Shown one piece after another: positions 6,482 to 15,788 of a stretch of DNA of 32,000 nt. The stretch is from Candidatus Saccharimonadota bacterium (GTDB lineage: Bacteria > Patescibacteriota > Gracilibacteria > UBA4473). The notes under the pieces are model-generated. The model made no database searches. It was not told where the DNA came from and was given only the letters and a program-made list of their open reading frames with translations. The stretch is from contig OY781871.1 of NCBI GenBank assembly GCA_963677105.1, positions 90,001 to 122,000 on the forward strand, in the 5' to 3' direction. Numbering within the stretch: the stretch's first letter is position 1; each line of letters opens with the position of its first letter. Both the position numbers and the translations under genes were made by a program.

Positions 6482-7540
6482 ATGAAGAAACTATTGATAA
6501 GCTTATTTCTTGTCTTTCCCTCTCTAACATTTGCGCAATCAAATGTAAGTGAAAATGAATTTCACCGAGGAATTGTGGTCGAAGCACGCGATTCTGTGGC
6601 AGAAGAAGTTTTTGGCGAAAAAAATCTTGCACAAGAATTACGCGTAAAACTCGACGACGGACGAGTCGTTGCTATTCCTGCTGGACAATATCAAATCGTT
6701 GTTGAGTCTCAATTACTGAGTGTGGGAGATAAAGTAATTTTAGCAAGTTCTCACGGAAAAAATTTTCGAATTCTCGAACTTAATCGCACACGAAACCTCT
6801 GGATTATTATTGGAATATTCTTAGTTCTCGTTGTATTAATTGCTGGAAAACAGGGATTTACCGGAATTATTGGATTATTAATTTCTCTCATCGCTATTGC
6901 TGGAATTTTAATACCCCAAGTACTTGCTGGAAAAAATCCTCTCTTCGTAAGCCTCATTGTCTGTGCTGCAATTACTGGAATTTCTATTTGGGTTTCTCAT
7001 GGATGGAAAGCGCGCACACATCTTGCCGTTACTTCCACTTTTTTAACATTACTCATCGCCTTTGGGCTCGCTTGGATATCAATAAATATCACCAGTCTCC
7101 ATGGACTCGGAAGTGAAAATTCGTATTTTTTACAAGTAGCAATTCCTGGTGTAAATTTGTCAGGATTACTTCTTGGAGCAATTTTGCTCGGAACAGTTGG
7201 AATTTTAGACGATGTAACGACTACACAATGTGCAACCATTGATGAACTTTCTCAGGTGAATCAAGGACTTTCTTGGAAAAAATTATTTTCACATGGAATG
7301 TCAGTAGGACGTGAACATGTTGCCTCAATGATCAATACTTTAGCGCTTGCATACGTTGCTGCAGCACTTCCAATGTTTCTTCTTATTGCTCTCGACACAG
7401 AACGCCCTTGGTGGGTTGTATTTAATTCAGAATTTTTCGCAGAAGAAATTGTCCGAACGATGCTTGGATCTGGAGCACTTGTTCTTGCTGTACCAATTGC
7501 AACTCTTTTCTCAGCATTATTTTTTGCTCGTAAAAAATGA
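6482..7540 (+). CDS. polytopic membrane protein, YibE/F-like
   Basis: Start moved to ATG 6482 (MKKLLISLFLVFPSLTFAQS signal/anchor). An N-terminal soluble segment is followed by about 7 TM helices and a GILDDVTTTQ motif reminiscent of YibE/F. The family call is from memory. Confidence 0.5.
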   Translation: MKKLLISLFLVFPSLTFAQSNVSENEFHRGIVVEARDSVAEEVFGEKNLAQELRVKLDDGRVVAIPAGQYQIVVESQLLSVGDKVILASSHGKNFRILELNRTRNLWIIIGIFLVLVVLIAGKQGFTGIIGLLISLIAIAGILIPQVLAGKNPLFVSLIVCAAITGISIWVSHGWKARTHLAVTSTFLTLLIAFGLAWISINITSLHGLGSENSYFLQVAIPGVNLSGLLLGAILLGTVGILDDVTTTQCATIDELSQVNQGLSWKKLFSHGMSVGREHVASMINTLALAYVAAALPMFLLIALDTERPWWVVFNSEFFAEEIVRTMLGSGALVLAVPIATLFSALFFARKK

Positions 7541-7833
7541 ATATGAAAATTTCTCGTGTTCGAAAAGCTCCACAATTTCCTCACCAAAAAGGATTTAGTA
7601 TCACTGGTTTTTTTCAGCTGTTAATTGGAATTTTCATTTGGATAATAATGATCATTCTCTTTGCCATTGGTTCTTGGGCTATTTGGTTTGGAAAGTCATC
7701 ATCATATCTCATTGGAAAATCTCACAACATAGTTCCTTGGTGGTTTAGTTGGATGTGTGTTTTTCTTCTTTTTCCCTTCACTGCCTTAGTTATTTTGGTA
7801 GCTGAGTTTGCAAAAATCGTAAACACAAAATGA
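7537..7833 (+). CDS. small membrane protein (98 aa, about 3 TM)
   Basis: ATGA overlaps at both ends (7537-7540 and 7830-7833) place it in an operon with the YibE/F-like gene and the ABC-F gene. Strongly hydrophobic. Confidence 0.55.
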   Translation: MNMKISRVRKAPQFPHQKGFSITGFFQLLIGIFIWIIMIILFAIGSWAIWFGKSSSYLIGKSHNIVPWWFSWMCVFLLFPFTALVILVAEFAKIVNTK

Positions 7834-9641
7834 TTCGAGTTACACAGCTCACGAAGTTCTTTGGATCACAACTATTGTTTGATAACGTTACATTTCAAAT
7901 TCATCCAGGTGAAAAGATCGGACTTGTTGGAAGAAATGGACACGGAAAAACAACACTTCTTCGTATGCTTCAAGGAGAAGTTCTTCCTGATGAAGGAGAA
8001 ATCTCTTTACCTGAAGATCATAGAATCGGAACACTTGATCAGCATTTACATTTAGAAGAACCGACTATTTTAGAAGCGGCAGCTGTTGGATTACGAGAAA
8101 CTGCGAAAAATGAAACGTGGCGTGCCGAAAAACTTCTTTCTGGATTAGGATTTGAAACAAAAGACTTTAATCGTCCGCCTAGTGAATTTTCTGGAGGATT
8201 TCAAATGCGAGTTGCATTAGTAAAACTTCTTCTTTCTGAACCAGATCTTCTTTTGCTCGATGAACCAACAAACTATTTAGACATCACTTCTCTGCGCTGG
8301 TTGGAAAAATTTTTGAAAAACTGGAACGGAGAATTTGTTCTCATTACACATGATCGGAATTTTTTAGATGCTGTTTGTACTCATACGCTTGCGATTCATC
8401 GTGCTGAATTGAAAAAGATTCGTGGTGGCTGCGTAAACATGTTTAAACAAATCGCCTTGGAAGAAGAAGTACACGAACGAACGAGAAAAAATGCGGAAAA
8501 ACAACGGAATAAAACGGAAAAATTTATTCGAGAATTTCGTGCTGGAGCTCGTTCTGCTGGACTCGTTCAGTCGAGAATTAAAATGTTGGAAAAACAGAGA
8601 GAACTTCACAAGCTTGAAGCCATACCCGAGATTAAGTTCAACTTTCAATCAAAAAAATTTGAAGCCGATCGCATGCTTCAAGTAAATAGTCTTTCGTTTG
8701 GATACACGTCGGATGATATTTTGTTTTCTGGAATTGATTTGAATCTTTCTCCCGGAGATCGAATTGGAGTAATTGGTGCAAATGGAAGAGGAAAATCAAC
8801 ACTTTTGCGTCTTCTCGCTGGAGACGTAAAACCGATCTCAGGAACTGTAAAACCGCATCCGTCATTACAATCTGGAATCTTTGTTCAGGGACATGAATCG
8901 GTATTTGGAAAAGATAAAACAATTGTAGAAGAACTTCACTCGGCTGCCCCTGAATTACCCGAACAACAGATTTTCAATCTCAGTGGTTCACTTATGTTTG
9001 GTGGAGAAGCAATGCATAAAAAAACGGAAATTCTCTCTGGTGGAGAACGCGCACGAGTTTCTCTCGGAAAATTAATGATTCATCCGCACGACATTCTCCT
9101 TCTTGATGAACCGACAAATCATCTCGATCTGGAATCTGTAGACGCACTTATAAATGCATTAGACGAATTTCCTGGTGCGATTATTTTTGTTTCTCACAAC
9201 GAGAAATTATTACAACAACTCGCCACACAACTCGTCGTTTTTGATCGTGGAAACGCAACTGTTTTTAATGGGAATTATAAAGAATTTTTAAAAACTACTG
9301 GATGGAGTGTCGAAGGAGATGTCCTAAAAAAAGAGAAAAAAGAACCAGGTCTCGCTGCAAAAGTTCGTGAACAAAAGAAGCAATTACAACGAGAATTACG
9401 TCCACTTGAGCGCGCACTTGAAAAACAGGAAAACTTAGTATTAAGACTTGAAGAAGAACTCGAAGAAAACCGAGACAAACTCACCACTGCGAAACGGAAG
9501 GGATCACATCTATTAATTGATGAATGTCAAAACAATGACTGGAAATTACAAGAAAAAATTGCTGAAGCGTTTGAAAAAATGGTGGAAATAGAGCAGAAAA
9601 TTGTAACAGTAAAAGAGCAGTTTCCTGAGTTGAATGTTTGA
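7830..9641 (+). CDS. ABC-F family ATPase (two ABC domains, no TMD, C-terminal coiled coil; Uup/EttA-like)
   Basis: Walker A GRNGHGKTT and GANGRGKST. Signatures FSGGFQMRV and LSGGERARV. Walker B LLLLDEPTN in both halves. Basic inter-domain linker and a K/E-rich C-terminal extension. Confidence 0.9.
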   Translation: MIRVTQLTKFFGSQLLFDNVTFQIHPGEKIGLVGRNGHGKTTLLRMLQGEVLPDEGEISLPEDHRIGTLDQHLHLEEPTILEAAAVGLRETAKNETWRAEKLLSGLGFETKDFNRPPSEFSGGFQMRVALVKLLLSEPDLLLLDEPTNYLDITSLRWLEKFLKNWNGEFVLITHDRNFLDAVCTHTLAIHRAELKKIRGGCVNMFKQIALEEEVHERTRKNAEKQRNKTEKFIREFRAGARSAGLVQSRIKMLEKQRELHKLEAIPEIKFNFQSKKFEADRMLQVNSLSFGYTSDDILFSGIDLNLSPGDRIGVIGANGRGKSTLLRLLAGDVKPISGTVKPHPSLQSGIFVQGHESVFGKDKTIVEELHSAAPELPEQQIFNLSGSLMFGGEAMHKKTEILSGGERARVSLGKLMIHPHDILLLDEPTNHLDLESVDALINALDEFPGAIIFVSHNEKLLQQLATQLVVFDRGNATVFNGNYKEFLKTTGWSVEGDVLKKEKKEPGLAAKVREQKKQLQRELRPLERALEKQENLVLRLEEELEENRDKLTTAKRKGSHLLIDECQNNDWKLQEKIAEAFEKMVEIEQKIVTVKEQFPELNV

Positions 9642-9688
9642 ATAAAAATAATACATGTTATATATTTGAATTAAATCATCGTATTAAA

Positions 9689-10243
9689 ATGAATAATGCA
9701 ATCATCATCCATGGAACAGGAGGATATCCTGAAGAAAATTGGTTTCCTTGGTTAAAAGAGAAGTTAGAAAATCTTAATTTCACCGTTCAAGTACCACAAT
9801 TTCCTACTCCAGAAAATCAAGATCCAGAACATTGGTTTGAAGCATTCAAGGAATATGAAAAATATATTAACCAAAACACAATAATTGTTGCTCATAGTGG
9901 TGGTTGTGCTTTTTTACTACGATTATTGGAATCTCTTTCTACAAAAATAAAATTAGCTGCTTTCATTGCTCCACCAATTGGAGTAATGCCAATAAAGTAT
10001 ATTGAAGCGGATCGCCCTTTTCTTACAAAACCGTTTGATTGGGAGAAAATCCGGAACACTTCAGAATACTTTGAAGTATTTCACTCTGAAGATGATCCAT
10101 TTATTTGCATCGAAAATGGAGAAACCGTTGCTAGCAAATTAAAAGTTTCTTTAAACAGATTAACTCATGCTGGTCATTTTAATGAGGCTGCAGGATATTT
10201 AGAGTTTGATTTATTACTCGAGAAAATAAAACCGTTACTGTAA
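9689..10243 (+). CDS. alpha/beta serine hydrolase, YdeN/RBBP9-like
   Basis: Start at ATG 9689 (MNNAIIIHGTGGYPEENWFPW). Nucleophile elbow VAHSGG, then later SEDDPF and HAGHF, consistent with a Ser-Asp-His triad of the small Ser_hydrolase family. Confidence 0.7.
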   Translation: MNNAIIIHGTGGYPEENWFPWLKEKLENLNFTVQVPQFPTPENQDPEHWFEAFKEYEKYINQNTIIVAHSGGCAFLLRLLESLSTKIKLAAFIAPPIGVMPIKYIEADRPFLTKPFDWEKIRNTSEYFEVFHSEDDPFICIENGETVASKLKVSLNRLTHAGHFNEAAGYLEFDLLLEKIKPLL

Positions 10244-10726
10244 ATTTTCATAATTAAAAAACACTCGCTTCCCTGTTCCTGTTTTAGGATTCCAAAGGAT
10301 ATATTTTCCATCTTCAAATAAAGCTCCTGGATTTATAACAACGGAACCATCTTCATTCCGTTCCGCTTTTGCTCGATGAGTATGTCCATGCAACCAAACA
10401 TCTATTTTTTTGTCTGATAATTCTTCTTCTGCTTCTCCCTCAAAATGAGAAATCCCGAACGTTTGTCCTTCGTTTTTGAATGTCAATACATTTGCAATTT
10501 CAACGTTCTCAAGTAGAAAAACTTCTTTCACTAATGCATCATCCGTATCCGCATTTCCTCGTGCGAAATAAATTTTCACATCAGGGAATTTCTGAAAAAG
10601 TTCCACAATTCCGTCCACAATTCCATCTCCTGCATGCGCCATGATCCAACCATTCTTATTACAAGTTTCCAAAACTTGTTCCAGTCTATCTACTGCTCCA
10701 TGAGAATCGGCAACTAATGCAATCAT
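10235..10726 (-). CDS. metallophosphoesterase, YfcE/MJ0936 family
   Basis: Motifs DSHG, GDGIVD, GNAD, HGHTH and NPGA in the canonical order. Confidence 0.85.
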   Translation of the reverse strand: MIALVADSHGAVDRLEQVLETCNKNGWIMAHAGDGIVDGIVELFQKFPDVKIYFARGNADTDDALVKEVFLLENVEIANVLTFKNEGQTFGISHFEGEAEEELSDKKIDVWLHGHTHRAKAERNEDGSVVINPGALFEDGKYILWNPKTGTGKRVFFNYENLQ

Positions 10727-10755
10727 GTTTTTCTTGTTAGCTAAAATGTACTACA

Positions 10756-11034
10756 ATGAGCACAATGCGAAAAGAAAAAGTAAATAAGTTTGCACCAAAA
10801 ATAGAAGCAGAAATTGATCTTCATGGATTTCATGAACATGAAGCAATTGAAGCCATAAGCGAGTTTTTGATGAACGCAGAACAAAAACACATGAAACGAG
10901 TCCGCATTATTACCGGAAAAGGAAGTGGAATTTTACAAAAATCTGTTCGTACTTGGTTGATAAACAATGAATATTTTTTCGAAACAGCCAAAATAACCGA
11001 AGGCGGTTCTGGCGCATTAATTGTAAAATTGTAA
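10756..11034 (+). CDS. Smr domain protein
   Basis: 92 aa containing DLHGFHEHEA...RIITGKGSG, the hallmark of Smr / MutS2 C-terminal nuclease domains. Confidence 0.8.
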   Translation: MSTMRKEKVNKFAPKIEAEIDLHGFHEHEAIEAISEFLMNAEQKHMKRVRIITGKGSGILQKSVRTWLINNEYFFETAKITEGGSGALIVKL

Positions 11035-11037
11035 GAA

Positions 11038-11802
11038 CTATTTGTAGTTTGTACTTTGTACTTTGTAGTTTGAGTAGTGGTTTCCTGCCGCAAGAAGTCC
11101 TTCAAAAGATCCCGTATCAAATCGCTCTCCATCAATAACACACGCACTCAATCGGCGAGATTCTGAAAGCATTTTTTGAAATGTTCCTGAAAGACGAATT
11201 TCTCCATCAGAATGAGCTTCTGTATCATGAAGTAAGTGTAAAACCTCCGGAGTTAATACATATTTTCCAATAACTGCGAGCGTTGAGAACGCTGCTTCTA
11301 CAGTTGGTTTTTCCTGAATAGTTTCAACTTCTTCTTGAGAATTCAAATGAACAATTCCATATTTTGAAACTTGTGCACGCGGAACACTTTGTAGCCCAAT
11401 AACTGACAATTGTGTTTTCTCAAAAGTATCAATTAATTGTTGTGCTGCATTTTTTCCTCCTTCGTTGTCAATTAATTCATCTCCAAATAAAACAAGAACT
11501 GGTTCATCTTCATCGAGTTTTGAAATTGCTTGTGCAATCGCATGTCCATCGCCTTTTGGTTCGTCTTGATATACAAAAGAAATCTGAGAATTTCCAGTAA
11601 AATGATGTCGAATTGATTCTTTTTCCACACTAATAACAAGAATTACGTTTTCAATTCCTGCATCAAGAGCTTCTTGTACAATGAGATCGATCACTGGACG
11701 ATCATACACGGGCAATAATTCTTTTGGTGTTGTACGAGTCAAAGGCATAAGCCTCGTTCCCCTTCCCGCAACAGGAATAATTGCTGTACGAATTTTTTTC
11801 AT
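11038..11802 (-). CDS. galU: UTP--glucose-1-phosphate uridylyltransferase-like nucleotidyltransferase
   Basis: N-terminal AIIPVAGRGTRLMPLTRTTPKELLPV is the GalU/NTP-transferase signature. The last 12 codons (..NYKVQSTNYK*) are encoded by the heptamer array at 11041-11075. Confidence 0.8.
   Translation of the reverse strand: MKKIRTAIIPVAGRGTRLMPLTRTTPKELLPVYDRPVIDLIVQEALDAGIENVILVISVEKESIRHHFTGNSQISFVYQDEPKGDGHAIAQAISKLDEDEPVLVLFGDELIDNEGGKNAAQQLIDTFEKTQLSVIGLQSVPRAQVSKYGIVHLNSQEEVETIQEKPTVEAAFSTLAVIGKYVLTPEVLHLLHDTEAHSDGEIRLSGTFQKMLSESRRLSACVIDGERFDTGSFEGLLAAGNHYSNYKVQSTNYK
11041..11075 (+). repeat. heptamer array (5 units)
   Basis: TTTGTAG TTTGTAC TTTGTAC TTTGTAG TTTGAGT. It lies directly after the Smr stop (11032-11034) and forms the 3' end of the galU-like ORF. 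Confidence 0.85.
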
Positions 11803-11852
11803 CTTTTGGAGTGTATATGAATTTTAAAAAATATGAAATTTCATACGAGCTT

Positions 11853-11882
11853 TTGACAGAGACATAATGAATGCCTTAGAAT
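11853..11882 (+). promoter_or_regulatory. candidate promoter for 11914..12297
   Basis: TTGACA (11853-11858), 18-nt spacer, TAGAAT (11877-11882). Confidence 0.45.
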
Positions 11883-11913
11883 TTAGTTATTCGTTTTCTT
11901 AACCCATTAAAAA

Positions 11914-12297
11914 ATGAATCCTATTATCACGTATTTAGCTCAGCTCCTCGCACCTTTATACCTTATAACAGCAATTATGCTGCTTTTCCGAGGAAAACTA
12001 TTTGATACAATCATTGACGATTACAAAAAAAGCCCGGCTCTTTCTTATTTTTGTGGAGTAATGGCTTTAGTTGTTGGAACGGCGTGGTTATTAGCAATTA
12101 ATTCTTTCGCAAATTTCACAGAAACAATATTTACTATTTTTGGTATGATGGCCGTGTTAAAAGGATTTCTATTATTATTATTCCCTGAAACATTATTAAA
12201 ATTCACTTGCAAATGTCCTATGTATAAGATTATCTCAGGATTAATACTCGCAGCTCTGGGAATTTGGTTCCTTTCTCTTGGATACGGAATGTTTTAA
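11914..12297 (+). CDS. small membrane protein (127 aa, about 4 TM)
   Basis: Hydrophobic ORF with its own candidate promoter and a downstream terminator. No family recognised. Confidence 0.55.
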   Translation: MNPIITYLAQLLAPLYLITAIMLLFRGKLFDTIIDDYKKSPALSYFCGVMALVVGTAWLLAINSFANFTETIFTIFGMMAVLKGFLLLLFPETLLKFTCKCPMYKIISGLILAALGIWFLSLGYGMF

Positions 12298-12325
12298 GAC
12301 TATCTATAATTTTGTTATTTAAAAG

Positions 12326-12353
12326 GAGCTTCGCAATGCGAAGCTCTTTTTTT
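12326..12353. terminator. bidirectional rho-independent terminator
   Basis: Perfect 9-bp stem GAGCTTCGC-AAT-GCGAAGCTC, flanked by AAAA on the left and TTTTTTT on the right. It lies between convergent genes (membrane protein and eno). Confidence 0.8.
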
Positions 12354-12373
12354 ATTATTTTAGAAAAGAACAA

Positions 12374-13603
12374 TCATAACTGTTCTGAAATCTGAAGTAA
12401 TCGATTATATTTTTCAATTCGCTCTGAACGAGAAAGTGAACCCGTTTTAATTTGTCCTGCATCAGTTCCCACTGCAAGATCTGCAATAAATGTATCTGAT
12501 GTTTCTCCTGAACGATGTGAAATCACTGTTGTAAATCCGTTTTCTTTTGCTAAATGCATTGTTGTAAATGTCTCTGTCAAAGAACCAATTTGATTTACTT
12601 TTATCAAAATTGAGTTTGCTAATTTGTCCTCAATCCCTTTTGTAAGACGTTCTGAATTTGTAACAAAAAGGTCGTCTCCCACAAGTTGAACTTTGTTTCC
12701 TAGACGAGATTGCATCAAAGCAAATCCCTCAAAATCGTCTTCATCATGAGAATCTTCTAATGAAACAATTGGATATTTAGCAATTAATTCTTCATAGAAA
12801 TCCACTAACTGTTCTGCTGTTAATTCATTTCCATCTACGCTGTAAAGTTTTGATTCTTTGTTGTAAAACTCAGAAGCTGCTGCATCCACCGCTAATTCTA
12901 TTTTTCCTGTATATCCGGCTTTTTCAATTGCTTCCATAATAACGGCAAATGCATCGTCACATTTTGCTAATCGTGGAGCAAATCCTCCTTCATCTCCTAC
13001 TCCAACCGATTCTCCACGTGAAGATAATATTTTTTTTAGTGTGTGAAAAATTTCTGCTCCAGCACGAAGATTATCAGAAAAATTTTCTAATTTTGGAAAA
13101 AGCATAAATTCTTGAATTGCTAATCCAGCATCTGAATGAGAACCTCCATTTATCACATTCATCATTGGTCGAGGAAGCGAAACTTCTCCTCCAAAGAGAT
13201 TATTCAAATGTTTCCAGAGTGGAATATCTTGTTGCTTCGCTGCAAGACGTGCTGCTGCAAGAGAAACTCCCAAAATCGCATTAGCACCAAGCTTTGATTT
13301 ATTCAGTGTTCCATCTAGATCTAACATCTTTTTATCTAAACTTTCTTGTTCTGCTGGATCCATTCCAAGTACTGCTGGTGCAATTATATCATTTACGTTT
13401 GCTACCGCTTTTAATACTCCTTTCCCAGAAAAACGAGATTTATCTCCATCTCGAAGTTCCAATGCTTCATGAATTCCTGTTGATGCTCCCGATGGAACCT
13501 TTGCAATAACAGTGTGTTGTCCATCAGACATTTCTACTTCTACGGTTGGGTTTCCACGAGAATCTAAAATCTCTCGAGCGAATACGGATGTAATTTTCAT
13601 CAT
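12374..13603 (-). CDS. eno: enolase
   Basis: [24 protein letters not shown].., [10 protein letters not shown], and [21 protein letters not shown] are unmistakable enolase motifs. Confidence 0.95.
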   Translation of the reverse strand: MMKITSVFAREILDSRGNPTVEVEMSDGQHTVIAKVPSGASTGIHEALELRDGDKSRFSGKGVLKAVANVNDIIAPAVLGMDPAEQESLDKKMLDLDGTLNKSKLGANAILGVSLAAARLAAKQQDIPLWKHLNNLFGGEVSLPRPMMNVINGGSHSDAGLAIQEFMLFPKLENFSDNLRAGAEIFHTLKKILSSRGESVGVGDEGGFAPRLAKCDDAFAVIMEAIEKAGYTGKIELAVDAAASEFYNKESKLYSVDGNELTAEQLVDFYEELIAKYPIVSLEDSHDEDDFEGFALMQSRLGNKVQLVGDDLFVTNSERLTKGIEDKLANSILIKVNQIGSLTETFTTMHLAKENGFTTVISHRSGETSDTFIADLAVGTDAGQIKTGSLSRSERIEKYNRLLQISEQL

Positions 13604-13658
13604 ACTAAATAATTAAAAAAAAGTTGAAATCGACGGGATTTTACAGCAAAATCCTATT

Positions 13659-14996
13659 GTGAAAAACTTTTTCTTAATCGGTTTCATATTACTTGCTTCT
13701 CTACAAAATATTGAAGCTCGAGAAGCCTTATTACCAGATCCCTCTGTAGTTATTGATACAGGTTCAATTGAAGAACCTGCTCTTCTTGCTTCTGCTGGAG
13801 GAGAAGCTTTTATTGAATTTTCGAATGCTACTAAATTTGTATTGGAAAACGGTTTTCTTTCTTTTACTGGAGAAATCCTTTCTCCTGTTGTAATTGCTTT
13901 GCCAGATCAACGACCAAAATTGCGAATGAATCCTCTTCTCTCTTTTGAATTAGGCACTGATTCTGGTGAACCAATATTATTTGTTGATCGCTTTGATCTA
14001 CAAAATGCACGAAATAGAATACGTGAAAAATATCTTAATCCAGATGCAATGAGTCGCTCCTCTTGGGTAAAACTTATTATCCCAATTGAAGATAATGCTG
14101 TGGGTCGACCTCGACTCTGGGAATATATTGGACCAGATGAAGGTTGGGCAACTATCGGTGGTGTTCTTGATGATTCAAATCCTGAAAGCGATGTCCGTGT
14201 GTTTTCAGCAATTTTGCATCGCACAGGAACCTATACTCTTTTTGATGAAGATCCTGCTCCAAAATTTCATGATTCAACCGAAGATATTATTGCTTCGTCA
14301 ATCAATATAAATGATGAAGAATTTTGGAATGAATCAAACGGCGAACTACCAGAAGGAGTTACGTGGGAAGAAATACAATCTATCGCACTCGATGGAGGAA
14401 ATTCCCTTCACGAAGAAGAAAATAATTTTGAAGATCTTCCTGAGGCACAAATCGTGGTTAATAATCGAGAAATTACAATTGATGAAGCCGTAGCACTAAA
14501 TGCACGAAAATTGCAACTTATTTCTCAAATAACCCATACGGAAGATCCACAAGAAGCAGCTTTATTACACGAACTCTTAGCCCTCATTAATCGAAAACTT
14601 GAAATTGTCGCTCTCCGGAAAAATCTCATAAATCGAAAAAAACAAATGGAAGTTTTGATGGAAAGTGCTACATCAGAAGAAGGACGATCCACAGCTTCTC
14701 AACAATGGGCAATTATTGAGGCACAATTAAAAAGTTTAGAAGATGTAGTTCTTGAAAATCGTATTCGTAAGATTGAAGATTCTCTTCCCTCAGAAGAGAT
14801 TGTTACTACAGAAACTCCGTCTATCGTAGTACCTGAACCCGAAATAGAAATTCCTAAAGAAGGAAAATTGCCTCAAACCGGAACTGAAACATTGAATGAG
14901 AATCAATCCCCTTCTTTAGTTTTCCCTATTGCACTCCTGTTCGTACTTCTTTTTGTAATCACAAGTGCTGTAATTGCATCACACAAAAAACATTGA
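13659..14996 (+). CDS. sortase-anchored surface protein (LPQTG)
   Basis: GTG start giving the signal peptide MKNFFLIGFILLASLQNIEA. The C-terminal sorting signal is LPQTG (14868-14882), then a hydrophobic stretch FPIALLFVLLFVITSAVIA, then the basic tail SHKKH. There is a central coiled-coil region. Confidence 0.8.
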   Translation: MKNFFLIGFILLASLQNIEAREALLPDPSVVIDTGSIEEPALLASAGGEAFIEFSNATKFVLENGFLSFTGEILSPVVIALPDQRPKLRMNPLLSFELGTDSGEPILFVDRFDLQNARNRIREKYLNPDAMSRSSWVKLIIPIEDNAVGRPRLWEYIGPDEGWATIGGVLDDSNPESDVRVFSAILHRTGTYTLFDEDPAPKFHDSTEDIIASSININDEEFWNESNGELPEGVTWEEIQSIALDGGNSLHEEENNFEDLPEAQIVVNNREITIDEAVALNARKLQLISQITHTEDPQEAALLHELLALINRKLEIVALRKNLINRKKQMEVLMESATSEEGRSTASQQWAIIEAQLKSLEDVVLENRIRKIEDSLPSEEIVTTETPSIVVPEPEIEIPKEGKLPQTGTETLNENQSPSLVFPIALLFVLLFVITSAVIASHKKH

Positions 14997-15047
14997 TTAT
15001 CTCCCTTTCTCTGTTTAAAAAATTTCCAGAACAAGTCAGTTGAAAAT

Positions 15048-15092
15048 AAATAAAATTTGTGATATAATTTTCTGATTTCACAAATTTTATTT
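15048..15092. repeat. perfect 15-bp inverted repeat (AT-rich hairpin)
   Basis: AAATAAAATTTGTGA (15048-15062) and TCACAAATTTTATTT (15078-15092), separated by 15 nt. Possibly a bidirectional terminator for the convergent flanking genes. Confidence 0.55.
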
Positions 15093-15094
15093 GA

Positions 15095-15259
15095 ATGAAA
15101 AAATCATTAACGGCTTTCGCTTCTTCTTATTTTTCTCAAAATAATATCACGTTGGATTGTGCCATTTCTGCGCTCCTCGTAGTAGGATGTGCAATGATTG
15201 GATTTTTATCACGAGCAATGCTTTTGGATCTTCAAACAAATCTTTTTATTTTGACTTAA
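15095..15259 (+). CDS. possible 54-aa small membrane protein
   Basis: Not in the track because it is under 60 aa. ATG 15095 to TAA 15257-15259 encodes MKKSLTAFASSYFSQNNITLDCAISALLVVGCAMIGFLSRAMLLDLQTNLFILT. It fills an otherwise empty 250-bp gap and overlaps the recX 3' end by 14 nt. Weak evidence. Confidence 0.25.
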   Translation: MKKSLTAFASSYFSQNNITLDCAISALLVVGCAMIGFLSRAMLLDLQTNLFILT

Positions 15260-15788
15260 ATAATTCCATTGTCTCAAGCACTATGTGGAAAAAAAATCCA
15301 CGAGACAATAAAAAACGCTGTACTGCGACCTTTCTCTGGGGAGCAGTTTTTTTATGTAATAATTTCCATTTTTCTTGCGCTAATTGTATAGCCACTTCTC
15401 GTTGTATTTCTTCAGGAAAAATTATCTTCAACACGGACTCTGCCATTTCTTTTTCTATTCCTTTTGCTTTGAGTTGTTGCATAATTTTTATTGGTCCCCA
15501 TTTACTATATTGACTTTTTTCTCGTACAAATTCTTCTGCATAACGAATATCTGAAATCCAATTTTTTTCCGAAAACTCTTGAATTATTTCTTGAATACAA
15601 ACTGATTGTTCTGGAAATTTTTCTTCTAATTTTTTTCGTAATTCATATTGGGAATATTCCCGTCTTCCTAAAAAATAAAGTGCTTTTCCGCGAATTAAAT
15701 CACGAGATACTTTACAATTATTGCCAGTATTATTTTGCGCTTTCAACGTACAAAGTCTCGTACATCTCAAGCTGTCGGTCAAGTTCAC
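15246..15788 (-). CDS. recX: RecX-like regulatory protein
   Basis: Repeated three-helix RecX pattern (ALYFLGRREYSQYELRKKL.., ISDIRYAEEFVREK.., GPIKIMQQLKAKGI.., AVQRFLLSRGF). The start is uncertain: GTG 15788 overlaps the upstream gene by 59 nt, and TTG 15746 is an alternative. Confidence 0.7.
   Translation of the reverse strand: MNLTDSLRCTRLCTLKAQNNTGNNCKVSRDLIRGKALYFLGRREYSQYELRKKLEEKFPEQSVCIQEIIQEFSEKNWISDIRYAEEFVREKSQYSKWGPIKIMQQLKAKGIEKEMAESVLKIIFPEEIQREVAIQLAQEKWKLLHKKTAPQRKVAVQRFLLSRGFFFHIVLETMELFKSK

Noticed and set aside
10830-11147. ORF 10830..11147 (-), which reads the heptamer array in another frame (..TTKYKVQTTNSS..)
   Set aside because: It overlaps both the Smr gene (antisense) and the galU 3' end. 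It exists only because the array is stop-free in several frames.
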